From Scenedesmus sp. PABB004 (taxonomy: Eukaryota): a DNA stretch of 64,000 nt. This document shows, in pieces, positions 51,849 to 64,000 of this stretch. Under the pieces are notes generated by a model that was not told the DNA's origin, made no database searches, and was given only the letters and a program-made list of their open reading frames with translations. Position 1 is the first letter of the stretch. Each line of letters begins with the position of its first letter. The position numbers and the translations under genes are program-made. The stretch spans positions 372,001-436,000 of the forward strand of contig JABVCE010000014.1 in the NCBI GenBank assembly GCA_014905635.1, read 5' to 3'.

Positions 51849-52361
51849 GGGGGCGGCCGCGCGCGGGCGGGGCAGGGAGCGCGCTCCGCAGCGGCGCTGT
51901 GATGCTAGCGCGGCGCGGGGCGTGGCGCAAACGACAACGCACGAATTGCGAACAGGGGGGGGGGGGGCTTTGGACTGCACCTAGTAGGCCTGCTTTCGTT
52001 TTGGTCAGCACCGGTGACCGCGCCCTGGCACATGCCTCGGCGCGCGAGGCCGCGGGGCGTTGGCGTGAAGTTGCACAGCCCCTGCTCGGCCGGGCGTGCG
52101 CACGGCCGGGCGCGCAGGGCGGGCCCGCCCAGCCGCCGCGGCAGCGGCCCAGCTCTCTCGGCTCTCTCGCCGCGCGCGCGCAGCCGCGCTCGCTCGCTCG
52201 CTCGCTCCTCCTGGAGTTGAGGTGATGTACACAGCCCCCCTCTCGCACCAGCGCCCTGGCAAGCCCGCGCCCCTCGCAAGCCCGCGGCACCCGTCAGCCC
52301 CGCGCCCTCGTCAGCCCCGCGCCGCCGGCCGATCGCTGCCGCCCACGCCGCCGCGGCGTCC

Positions 52362-54657
52362 TCAGCTGTTTGGCAGGATCTCCAGCGACACCTGCTTGAG
52401 GCTCGGCCGCTCCTGGCTGCTCCACACGCACTGCGTGACCTCGGGGTCCAGCGGCGAGCGGCGCAGCACCTGCGGCGGCGAGGGCACGATCGCCGCGCCG
52501 TGCCGGCAGGCGCGCAGCGCCGCCGCCGGCGCCGCCGCCGCGCGCGCCCCCACCTGCCAGGGGCCGGGGTAGCAGCGGAAGAGCGCGCCCGGCCGGGAGC
52601 CCTTGAAGTTGTGGCTGACGCGGCGGCGACGCGGCGGCGCGGCGACGGCGGCGGTCCGTCGGCCCGCCGCTGGCGGCGCACAGGGCGCAGAGCCCTGAAC
52701 TAGGAACCCCTAAAGCCCTGAATGCGAACCTCCAAAGCCCTGAACTAGAACCCCCTTAAGACCTACATGTAGTACGCCGCCTCGACCTGGGGGAGCCACT
52801 CGGACGTGAGCTTGGCGAGCTCCGGGAAGAAGATGCCTGCCGGGGGGGAGGAGGGGGGGGAGGAGGAGGGGTGGAGAGGGAGCGCGTGGAGGGCGCGGCG
52901 GGGCGGAGGGTGCGGCGGGGCGGAGGGTGCGGCGGGGCGGAGGGTGCGGCGCTGGGCCGCGCCGGGCCCCCGCGCTGAGAGCCGCGCTGCCGCGCACCCA
53001 CCGGGGTAGTACCCGCCCCGCAGGCGGTCGAGCTCGCCCTGGAAGATGATCAGCGGCCGCCCGCTCGGCGCGGCCGCGGCGTCCCACAGCGCGCGCGTCG
53101 CCGAGAGCTCCTCTGCGCGGCGCGGCGCGGCGGCGCGGCGGCGCGAGGCTCACACGCGGCGGCGCGCGGGGCCGGTGCCGCGCGCGGCGCGTGCGTGCGC
53201 GCGCGCAGACGGCAAACGCCCTGCAGCGCTCGTGCAGCGAGTGCTCGTGCGTCATCAGCGCGCCGCACCCACCGCGGGGGTTAAAGCTGGGGTAGGCCAC
53301 CACCAGCACCTGGTCCGACGGCGTGACGAGCTGCGCGGGGCTGAACGTCGCGCCAAAGTTGAACCCCAGCACCGCCCACGCGGCGCTCTGCTTGGTGAGG
53401 TAGCCGAGCTTGAACCCCGCGTCGCTGCCAAACACCGCGTCCATCGCCTGCCGCCCCGCCGCGGGGTCGCTCGTCTGCCCGCTGCGCGCGACGGCGAGCT
53501 CCTGCGGGCGGCGGCGGCGCGGCGCGGCGCGGCGCGGGTCGGGGCGGGGCGGCGCGGCGCGCCCGGCTCACCGCGGGCGCCCCTACCCCCTGCCGCCGCG
53601 TCGCTCGACCCCCGGCCAGGCCCTCCCCTCCCGTCCCCCCTCCCCTCCCGTCCCCCCTGACAAGCAACCGGCACGCGCTCTCCCCCGTTGCTCCTGGGTG
53701 ATGATGCCGTTTGAACACCACACCATCGTCACCTAGGAGCAACGCGGGAGCGCGCGCCGGCTGGTGCCACCAACGCCAACGCGCCCTCCCCCTTCGACGT
53801 GCTCGTCCCAGGCGCCCTGCCAACAGACCAAGCGCTGGCAAGGCCAACAACAAGGCACCCTCCACCCCCCGGCGCCCCTGCTGCTGCTCACGATGTTGTC
53901 AGGGAAGAACACGCGCACGCCGCCCGCGGCGTCGCCGCCCCAGCCGGCGTTGAGGTACTGGCGCAGCAGCGCCATGCTGCTGTTCATCTCACTCTGGCCG
54001 TCGCCGTCGCCTGGCCGGGCGGGCGGCGGCGCCGCGGGCGCGCGCGCGCGCGCGCGGCGCGGTCGGGAAACGCGGCGGCGGCGCGGCCCCGGCGCCGCGC
54101 CACCACCGCCGACCCCGGCGCGGCCGCGCGCGCCGCGGCGGCGCGGCTGGGCGCCGGCGGCTCACCCTGCGCCGCGCAGAGGCCCGAGGCCGGGAACTCC
54201 ACCTCCAGCAGCCTGTGCCCGTCGGCGAGCGCCGCCTTGGTCGCGAGCTGCGCCTGGCGCACCGCGGTATCGTACTCGCTGGGGAACGCCTGCGCCGGCG
54301 GCGGGTGAAGCGGCAGGGCGCTGGGGCCCGCCCCGCAGGCGAGCTGCACCGGCGCGCAGCTGGCTGCGGCGGCGCAGCGCGCCAGCGCGGCTGGTGGCCG
54401 GCCGCGCCCTGAAAAGGTCGCGGGAGGCCTGCAGCCGCGCTGGCGTGCTGCGCCGCCGCTGCTGGCTGCGCGCCGGTGCAGGCGCGCCGGTTGCCGGCAC
54501 ACAAGCAGGCGCTCACCGCCAGCTGGATGGCCTCGGGCCGCGCCGCTGCGCGGGCGGGCCGGCAGCGCCCGGCGACGCCGCCGCGTGTCGGGGCGGGCGC
54601 GCGCTGCTGCGCCGCGCCGCCGGGCAGCGCCGCGCCGCGGCGCTGCGCGTGCAGCAT
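52362..54657 (-). CDS. LPA3: LPA3-like DUF1995 plastid protein, 7 exons
   Basis: Transit peptide, then FPSEYDTAVRQAQLATKAALADGHRLLEVEFP, VRVFFPD, LVVAYPSFN, IIFQGELDRLRGGYYP, YYIHNFKG, LFRCYPGPWQV, PSLKQV. Confidence 0.85.
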
Positions 54658-54941
54658 CGCGGCGCTGCTGTCAGTGGCAGAACGCGACGCTGGAACGGGC
54701 GCCTGCAGCGCCGAGCTGGTGGGACGGGTCGGGTGAAGACCCGCACGCCCGCCGGGCGAGTTGCGGCGCGGGCGGGGGCTCCAATTGGCGCGTCGCGCTG
54801 GCGATCGACCGCCGGGCGCCTGCGGAGGACTGACGGGCGCGCCGGCGCCGGCGGCGGCGGAGATCGAGCCGCTGCGCCCCGCGCGTGCACCGCCGCGGCC
54901 CGCGGCCCGCACGCCGCCGGTCAAGCGTTCCACGCGCTGCG

Positions 54942-57900
54942 CTACGCTCGCCGCCGCCGCCGCTGCGGGCGCCGCTCGCCGGCTGCGCGGCCGTGCAGCC
55001 CGCCGCCGATCTTCCGCATCAGCCCCTGACGGCTCAGCGCTCTGTGGAGCCCGCCGCCGCCGCCGCCCCGCGCGGCGGCCGCGGCGGCCGCGGCCGCTTC
55101 CTCGCGCGCCGCGAGCACGCGCTGCAGCCGCGCGACCTCGCCCGCCACCACGCCCGCGACCGCGCGCGGCGTGAAGTGGCGCTGCACGTGCCGCCGCGCG
55201 GCGGCGCCCTTGGCGGCCGCCTCGGCCGGGTGGTGCGCGACGTGGCGCATCAGCTCGGTCAGGTGCTTGACCGACGGCTGCGCCCACTTCTGACCGATGA
55301 AGGCCTGGCGGTGGTGGTGGTGGTGGTGGTGGTGATGGTGGTGGTGGTGGTGGCCGGTGCGGCGTGGCGCGGCGGCTCGGCGCGGGTGCGCGGCGCGGCG
55401 CGCGGCCCCGCGCGGGCGCGCGGGTGCGCGCCTGAAAGAAGTTGGGGTCCCCGTCCGACGTGACGGTGCTGAGGCCGTCGATGGCGAGCGGGTAGGCAAT
55501 GTCGGAGTTCATGTAGGCGGTCGGGCCCGACCTGGGGATCCAAGCGCACGCGTGAGAGCGCGAGGCACGCGCGCGGGCGTGCGAGGGCAAGCGAAGCCAG
55601 CGCGCGTGCGGCGCATGGTCCGCACCAGTTTGTGGTGATGACCGGCAGGCCCATTGCCATCGCCTCCATCTGACGGCGCGCGGCGGCGGGCGGCAGGGCG
55701 GCAGGCGGGTGCGGCGCGTGGGCGGGCGCACGCCGCGTTGCAGTCGTGGCCCCCGCTGCAGCGGGCGCCCCTCGCGGCCGCGCCGCGCCGCGCCGCGCGC
55801 CTGGGGCCGGCCCCAGCCCTCGCCGTGCGTGGGTATGACGAGCGCGTCGGCGGAGCGATACACGCGCATAAAGTCGGACTCGGCGAGGTGCGTCGACGAC
55901 GCGTAGATGCGCGGCAGCCGCGACGACACCTCCTGCGCGCCGCGCGCGGCGCCGGTGCGCGGCGTGGGCACGGCACGAGCGCGGCGTGCGCCGGTGGGCA
56001 CGGCGTGCGCGGCGTGGGCGCGGCGCGGCCGCGCGCGGCGGCGTGCGCGGCTGCCCGCGACCAGCGGCGCCCAGGCGGGGCGGGCGGGGCGGGCGCTGCC
56101 GCCGCCGCACCGCGTCGGTCAGGTTGTACCGCTCCGCCGCGTAGCGCCGGACCTTGGCGTCAAAGTCCTGCAGGCAGCGCGCGCGCGCAGGCAGGCAGGC
56201 AGCGCGGGCAGCGGTGGCGCGCGCGGCCTCGGCCGCGCGGCGCGCCGCCGTCACCGCCCGTCGGCGCCGCCGCCGGCGCCGCTGGGCGGGCCGCCCCGGC
56301 GGGCGCGTGCGCGTGCGCGTGCGCGTGCGCGTGCGCGTGCGCGTGCGCGTGCGCGTGCGCGTGCGCGTGCGCGTGCGCGTGCGCGTGGCGCCGCACCGTG
56401 CCGCTCTCCATGAAGGGCCGCGCGAGGATCCAGAGCACGACCGGGTCGCTCGCCCGGAACGCGGCGCAGAAGCCCTGGCCGCGCCGCGCGCGCGCGGGCG
56501 CGTTCGGCGCGTGAGGGGGCGGCGGCGGCGCGGGCGGCGGGGCCTCGACGCGGGCAGCAGCGCGGCGCGGCGTGGGCAGCAGCGCAGCGACGGCCCGCGG
56601 CGCCCGCGCACACGCGCACCTGGACCAGATCTTTCCAGCCCTTGCGCGCCTCCCACTTGAAGACGCTGAGGAATACGTACGGCCGGCGCCCGCGCGGCGC
56701 GCCGGGGCGCGGGAGCGTCTCGTTGGGCCCCGCGCGCGGCCCGGTCGCCTGGCGGAAGTGCAGCGCCGAGAGGTTGGCCGGCGCGTGGCGGCGGGGGTCC
56801 CAGAGCTCGGTGTCGATGCCCTCCGGGACGATGCGAATTCTGGCGGGGTCGACGCCTGCCGGCAGCAGGGACGACACAGGGGCAGGTGAGCAGCAGGGAC
56901 GAGGCAGGGGACGGCGCCGCGGGCGCGTGAGCGCGGGCGCGCGGCCCGCGGCGCGGGGCGCCCCCGGCGTCGGGGCGCTTGGGGGGGGGCCCGGCGCGCA
57001 CCCGAGGCGGCGAATGAGTCCTTGTTGAACTGCGTGGGCACCCACACCTGCCGGGGGCGCGTGCAGGTGCGCGCACGCGCGTCGGCGGCGGTCTGGCGGC
57101 CAGCCGAGCGCAGCCGGGCAGGCAGCCGGGCAGGCAGCCAGGGCCTGCGTGCGCGGCGCAGGGTCACCTCGTCCATTGCCTTCACATGGTCAGCCAGGTG
57201 CGCCGGCAGCCCCGCCTGCTCCCACATCGTGCGCGCGACGGAAAACGCCGTCTGCGGCGCGCGCGCGCACGCGTGAGCGTCACCACGGGCGGCGACGGCG
57301 GCGGCGGCGGCGGGGACGGGCGCACGGGGCGCCGCGCGAGGCGCCAATCCATCCCCTCGCACCCGGTTCACGCTGAGCGGGCAGGGGCAGCCCGGCATGC
57401 TGCTGGGCATCTCCCCCGGGCGCCGCCAGCAGTCAAACCACTGGTGGCAGACCGAGATGGCCCTGCGGTCGTCGCGCAGGTCGCGGAGCCGCTGCTGCTG
57501 CGTTGCGCGCTGCTCCTCAAACAGCAGCGACAGCCACTCGTCCGCGACCTGCGGCGCGCGCGGCGCATCGCGGCGCCGCCGCCTCGGCGTCCGCGCGCGG
57601 CCGCGCCGCGCGCTCCCTCCGGCGGCCCCCTCCAGCGCGGCGGCGCCCCGCCGCCTCCGCCGCGCCGCGCGGCCGCTCGCCTGCTGTGGGTGCTGCATGA
57701 GCGCGAGCGCGTTGCGCGTGGCCGGGGTCATCGCAGTCAGCACGGTGCGGTCAAACGCGTCCCCCGAGTGAGTGACGTAGATGTCTGCCGGGCCAGGCGA
57801 GGGAGGGGATGGGAGGGGACGGGGCGGCCGGGGAGGGTGAGCAAGGAGGGCGCAGGAGCGGGGGGCAGGGGCGGCGTGTGGCGTGTGGCGTGCGGCGCGG

Positions 57901-58458
57901 CGGGGCCGCGCGGGCGGGGCGGGCGGCGGCGGGGGCCGCGGGGCGCACCGTCGGCGCGCATGAGCTTGGTGGAGATGAGGCTTTCGATGATCATGATCGC
58001 CTCCGCGCCCAGGCCTGGCAGGCGAGCAGGCAGGCGGGCGGCGTTGGCGCGCGGACAGGGGCGCGGCGCACGGGGCCGCTGACGGGTGTGCGTGCGTGCG
58101 CGCGTGTGCAAGCCGCCGCCGCACCCGACTGCGACACGAACGGCGCGTGCCACCAGAGCGGGAACTGCAGCCGCGGCGGGCCGGGCCCGTCGGCGGCGGC
58201 GCGCCCGGCGGCGGCGGCTCCGCCGCTCGTCTCGCCGGTGCCGCCGAGCTGGTGGGGCAGCGTAACCCGCTGGTGGTGCGCGCTGGGCCAGACGTGTGCG
58301 TGGGCCAGCCAGAGCAGCGCGGCCGCCGAGCAGAGCGCGGCGCCCAGGGTCGTGACCTGCGCGGCGCGGCCGTGGGCGGGCGGCGCGCCGCGCGGCGGGC
58401 TGCGCAGCCACCCGGATGAGCAGCCGACCGGCAGGGCGCCGGCCTTAGGGCCTGCCAT
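54942..58458 (-). CDS. Glycosyltransferase family 4 (Glycos_transf_1) with N-terminal membrane anchor
   Basis: WHAPFVSQSGLGAEA, ARTMWE, MDEVWVPTQFN, VPEGIDT, FLSVFKWEARKGW, ADALVIPTHGEGWGRPQMEAMAMGLPVITTNWSG, WAQPS. Confidence 0.88.
56303..56386. repeat. (GCGCGT)14 intronic microsatellite
   Basis: Perfect hexamer run directly after an intron donor of the GT4 gene. Confidence 0.95.
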
Positions 58459-59034
58459 TGCACCGCACCTGCAGCGCGCCCAGCTGCCGGCGCCCGACGC
58501 GCCTTCCAGCGCAGCCGCTGCTCGGCGGCGGCGGCGCGCGGCGCATGCCGGGCCGCCCTGGCAGCGTCGGCTTGTGGAAGGAGGGTTCAGCGCCTTGCCG
58601 CTGCGCCTGGGCACGATCGCATTGCGCTGGCGGCGCGGCGGCGGCGGCGCTCGCGGTGATGCACGCGGCGCTCGCGGTGATGCACGCGCGGATTGGCTCC
58701 TGGAGTGGCGCAGCGACCGGGCGGTCACTTGAGTTGCGCGACTGGGCACACGGGGGCGTCACCGCGATCGGCTGCGGCGAGGTTGAGCGCCGGCTCGTCG
58801 GCTCGTGCTGCAGGGCTGAGCGGCGGCGGCTCAACCCAGCGGATCGACCTGCTGAGGGGACAGAGATTGCCGGCACGCGCGCGTCCAGCAGGTTACCACT
58901 CCGCGCGCCGCGGCACGACGCGGCGCCCGCCGCCGCTGCCGCCCAGGCACGCAGCGGGGCCGCCGCCGCGCGCCGCGCCGCCGCGCCCCGCCGCCGGGGC
59001 CGCGCCGGCCGCGCGAGCCTCCAGGGCGGGCGGC

Positions 59035-60626
<1,592 letters not shown>

Positions 60627-61777
60627 GGTGTCCGCCCCGGGTCAGAGCGCTCCCTGCGCCTCCACAGGGCCCGCTCCGGGTGCTGGCGCCGCGAGGCGGG
60701 TGCGGTGCCTGGGCCACCCACAGGCGAAAGAGGCAGGAGCGGGCGTTCGCGGCGCGCCTAGGCCAGCGCTGCAGAGCCGTGGTTTAGGGTCCGCTCGCGA
60801 AGCATGGTGGGCGGCGCCGCGCGGGACCGGCCTTGCGGGCGTGATCACACGCAGCCCAACAGCTCGTTGCGCGCGCCGCGCGCGCTCGGGGCGGGGCTGC
60901 CGCCGCCGCTGCCGCTGCCAGTGTGCCCCGCCGCGCCCGCTGCTGGAGCGCTGCCACCCACCAGAGCAACACGGTGAGCTGCCAGCGCAGCCCCGACCCG
61001 CCAGCGGACCAGCGCAGCCCACGCGCCGCGCTTCACGCCGCGCACGGGCTGGTCAACCTCGCCCGCGCGAGACGTCACGCGCGCGGCAAGCCCCGCGCGT
61101 GCTTGCGTGGGTCTGGCCGACGACGCCTACGGCGTCAGGCGCAGCGCACGCTCGCTGCTGCCCGACCCGCCCTGCCGCCGCCAGCTGCCCGGGCACGCAG
61201 TTTGCGTGCGCGCGCCGTCGCCGCCACCGGCAGCGGCCGCCAGGCGCCCGTTCCGCCTCCCGCAGGCTCCCCCACAGCTCTGTCGTCGCCACCGATGCGC
61301 GACAACGCTGCCGCCCGGTAGCGTTCCCAGCGCGCCGGGCCCGCCCGGCGCGCGGCGCGGCGTCGGCCGCACAGCGCGGCGGCGGCGACGGCGGCGGTCA
61401 GCGGCGCGGCAGAAGAAGCCGTGAGCGCCGACGGGGCGCACGTCGCCGGCAGCGCGGGCTGGGGCGGCGACGGGGCGCAAAGATCGGGCAAGGCCCCGAG
61501 AGCAGAAGCCTTGCGGCGCAGCGCGCCATGCCGCGGGCTCGCCGCCCCGGCGCGCGGCCGCTGTCACGCCGCACTCCGCTGGTCGTCCCCGGCTCGTCTT
61601 CGGCGCGCCACCGCGTCGCCCGCCGCGAGGCCCTGCAGTTTCTTTTCCGGCTTGGCGACGTTGCCAGGCGCACCGCATTGCGCGCCCCGCCCGCCGAGCG
61701 CCATGCAGTGAGGGGCTCAGGCCGGGCACGCCGCCCCAGACCGGGCCGCGCCGCCCAGGCGCCGGCAGGGTGGCGGC

Positions 61778-64000
61778 ATGGCCGCGCTGGCGTTCAAGCC
61801 CTGCCCCGCGGCCTCCGCGTACGGGTGGGTGCCGCCGCTCCGGCACCGCGTCCCTGGCGTCGGGGCCCGCCGCTAGTGCGGCTGCCGGGCCCTGGGGCGT
61901 CCGGGCGCGGCGCCGGGGGCAGCAGCAGGGCCGCCCACCATCTGCCGGCACCCCGGCCCACGCCCGCCGCCGGCGGCCGCGCCCGTCCCGCAGGGGCGTC
62001 ACGCACCCCTGGCAGACCTCCTCCAGGGATGTGGGGTTCGCGCACCACGCAGGTGGGCCCCGCCGCCCGGCAGCAGCGCCGGCAGCAGCGCAGGCGGCGG
62101 CCGGCGGCGGCGGCGCGCGCCGGCGCCGGCCCGCGGCAGCGAGCGCTGGCCGCGGCGCCCCCGGCACGGCGCGCGCGCGCGGCAGCGGCCGCAGCGGCAG
62201 CGACGGCCGCCGCAGCGACGGCGGCGGCGGCGGCGCGCCGAGCCCCGGCGGCGCCGCGCCGAGCCCCGGCGGCGCCGCGCGGCCGCAGGCCTCGAGCCCT
62301 ACCCCACGGGCACGTGGGTGCCGGAGAGCCTGAAGTGCGACTTCCTGCCGCCGTGAGCGCCGCGCGCGCGGCGAGCGCGGGGCGCAGCCAGCAGCGGCGG
62401 CGCCGCCCGGCGCGCGGGCGCGCGCTGACGGCCTCGCCGCCGCCCTCGCCGCCGCGCAGCGGCGTGACGCGCGTGCTCGCGGTCACAGAGCGCTGCCCAT
62501 ACAGCATGCGCCTGCGCTCCGAGTGGTGCGCGCGCGCCCGCTCCCCTCGCGGTCGCGCGCCTGCGCGGTCCCGGGGCCCCCGGCGGCGCAGCGGCAGCGG
62601 CCGCCGCGCCGACCCGCCCGCCCCCGCCCGCACGTCGCGCCGCCGCCGCAGGGTGGTGCGTGACTTTGTGCTGGTGAAGGAGATCGGCACGGGCAACGCG
62701 AGCACTGTGTGGTATGCGTTTTGCAAGAAGACGAGCGCGCCGCTGGCGATCAAGACCTACAAGAAGCGCAAGCTCTCGCCGCTCAACCGCTGCCAGGTCG
62801 CGCGCGAGATCGCGATCCACGCGTCGCTGGACCACCCAAACGTCATCGGCCTGGTGCGCCGCCGCCGCCGCCGCCGCAGCACCAGCACCAGCAGCCGCAC
62901 CAGCAGCGCCAGCAGCGCCAGCAGCACCAGCAGCGCCAGCAGCGCCAGCAGCGCCAGCAGCGCCAGCACCAAGCAGCTGACGCGCGCCGCCGCCTGCCCG
63001 CAGTACGCCGCGTTTGAGGACAACGACAAGGTCTACCTGCTGCAGGAGTTTGCCGAGGGGGTGCGTGCACGCGGCCGCGGCGCCGCCGTCCTGCGAGCCC
63101 CGCGCGCGCCGCCGCCGTCCTGCGAGCCCCGCGCGCGCCGTCCTGCGAGCGCGCGCCCACCGACGCGCGCGTGCCCCGCGCCGTGCGCTCCGCGCGCGCG
63201 CAGGGCGACCTGTTTGACGAGATGAAGCGCACCATGGGCCGCATGCCCGAGGGCCAGCTCGTGACGAGCGTGCTGCTGCCGATGATGAGCGCGCTGCTCG
63301 CGATGCACGCGGCGGGGTTCATCCACCGCGACATCAAGCCGGAGAACACGCTCTTCGCCGCGGGCCGCGTGCTCAAGCTCGCAGGTGCGCCCGCGCGCGC
63401 GCGCGCCCTGGGGCCCGGCACTGCGGCGGGCCCGCCGCACGCGCGCGCGCGCGCGCGTCGCGCGCACGGCGCGTGGCCGCCGACGCCGCGCCGCCGCCGA
63501 CGCCGCGCCCGCGCCCGCGGCCGGCCAGATTTTGGGCTGGCGGTGAACCACACGCTCGAGCGCCCCGTCACGCGGCTGGGCACGCTGGACTACATGGCGC
63601 CCGAGGTGAGCACACGCCGCCGCACCCGCCGCTGCCCCAGCGCGGCCGCGCGCGCGCCGCGCGCGCGACCCGACGCCCGCGCCGCCCCCGGCCCCGCGCG
63701 CAGGTGCTGGTGTGCCCCGACAAGCACCTCCCGAGCGACAACAAGGAGCGGTCGGACCTGTGGTACACGCCCGCGGTCGACGCGTGGGCGCTCGGCGTGC
63801 TCGCGTACGAGCTCGCGGTCGGGCGGCCGCCGTTTGGCATGGTGCGGCGCCGCCGCCGCGCCGCCGCCCCCTCCCGCCCCGGCCCCTCTGCACCCCCTCA
63901 CCCGCGCGCCCTCGCCCGCGCCCTCACCCGCCCCTCACCCGCCCCTCACCCGCCCGGCGCGGCCGCCAGTCGACGCGCGACGAGACGATCCGCGCGATCC
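61778..64000 (+). CDS. Aurora-like Ser/Thr protein kinase, multi-exon, 3' end runs off the window
   Basis: EIGTGNAS, LAIK, REIAIHASLDHPNV, YAAFED, HRDIKPEN, ADFGL, RLGTLDYMAPE, VDAWALGVLAYE. Start codon is tentative. Confidence 0.88.

Noticed and set aside
55310..55352. Apparent poly-His tract in a minus-strand ORF
   Set aside because: A (CAC)n microsatellite at the 3' end of a GT4 intron that is spliced out.
60627..61777. 866-aa ORF start upstream of the kinase
   Set aside because: The N-terminal part is low-complexity and lacks coding bias; it is more likely promoter and 5' UTR in frame with kinase exons by chance.

Overview
Extremely GC-rich (about 80% by eye), intron-dense eukaryotic nuclear DNA, most likely a chlorophyte green alga (Sphaeropleales-like; inferred from plastid-targeted genes, GTGCG/GCGCG..CAG introns, TGTAA-like poly(A) signals and TTTAGGG-like motifs). 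The six-frame ORF track is mostly GC-driven artefact, so genes were reassembled by hand from exons. Sixteen protein-coding genes are supported: UTP25, SEC5/EXOC2, FGAM synthase (PurL/PUR4), a SnoaL-like protein, a 6-unit polyubiquitin, FTR variable subunit, FANCL, a coiled-coil protein, IspD, acetyl-CoA synthetase ending in PTS1 -AKL, lycopene beta-cyclase, a SOS1/NHX7-8-like antiporter, LPA3/DUF1995, a GT4 glycosyltransferase, RPS9 and an Aurora-like kinase. The main hidden layer is non-coding. The purL introns carry at least 11 box C/D and 2 H/ACA snoRNA candidates with readable rRNA/U6 antisense guides, including one RNA that appears to combine the U6-A47 and U6-C77/25S guides. Also present: abundant AG|GCGCG GC-AG introns, about 320-bp inverted repeats flanking ispD, a 412-bp structured tandem array, three intronic miRNA-like hairpins, and a 1-nt frameshift in LCYB. 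rRNA/U6 target sequences and modification numbers are recalled from conserved consensus and were not searched.
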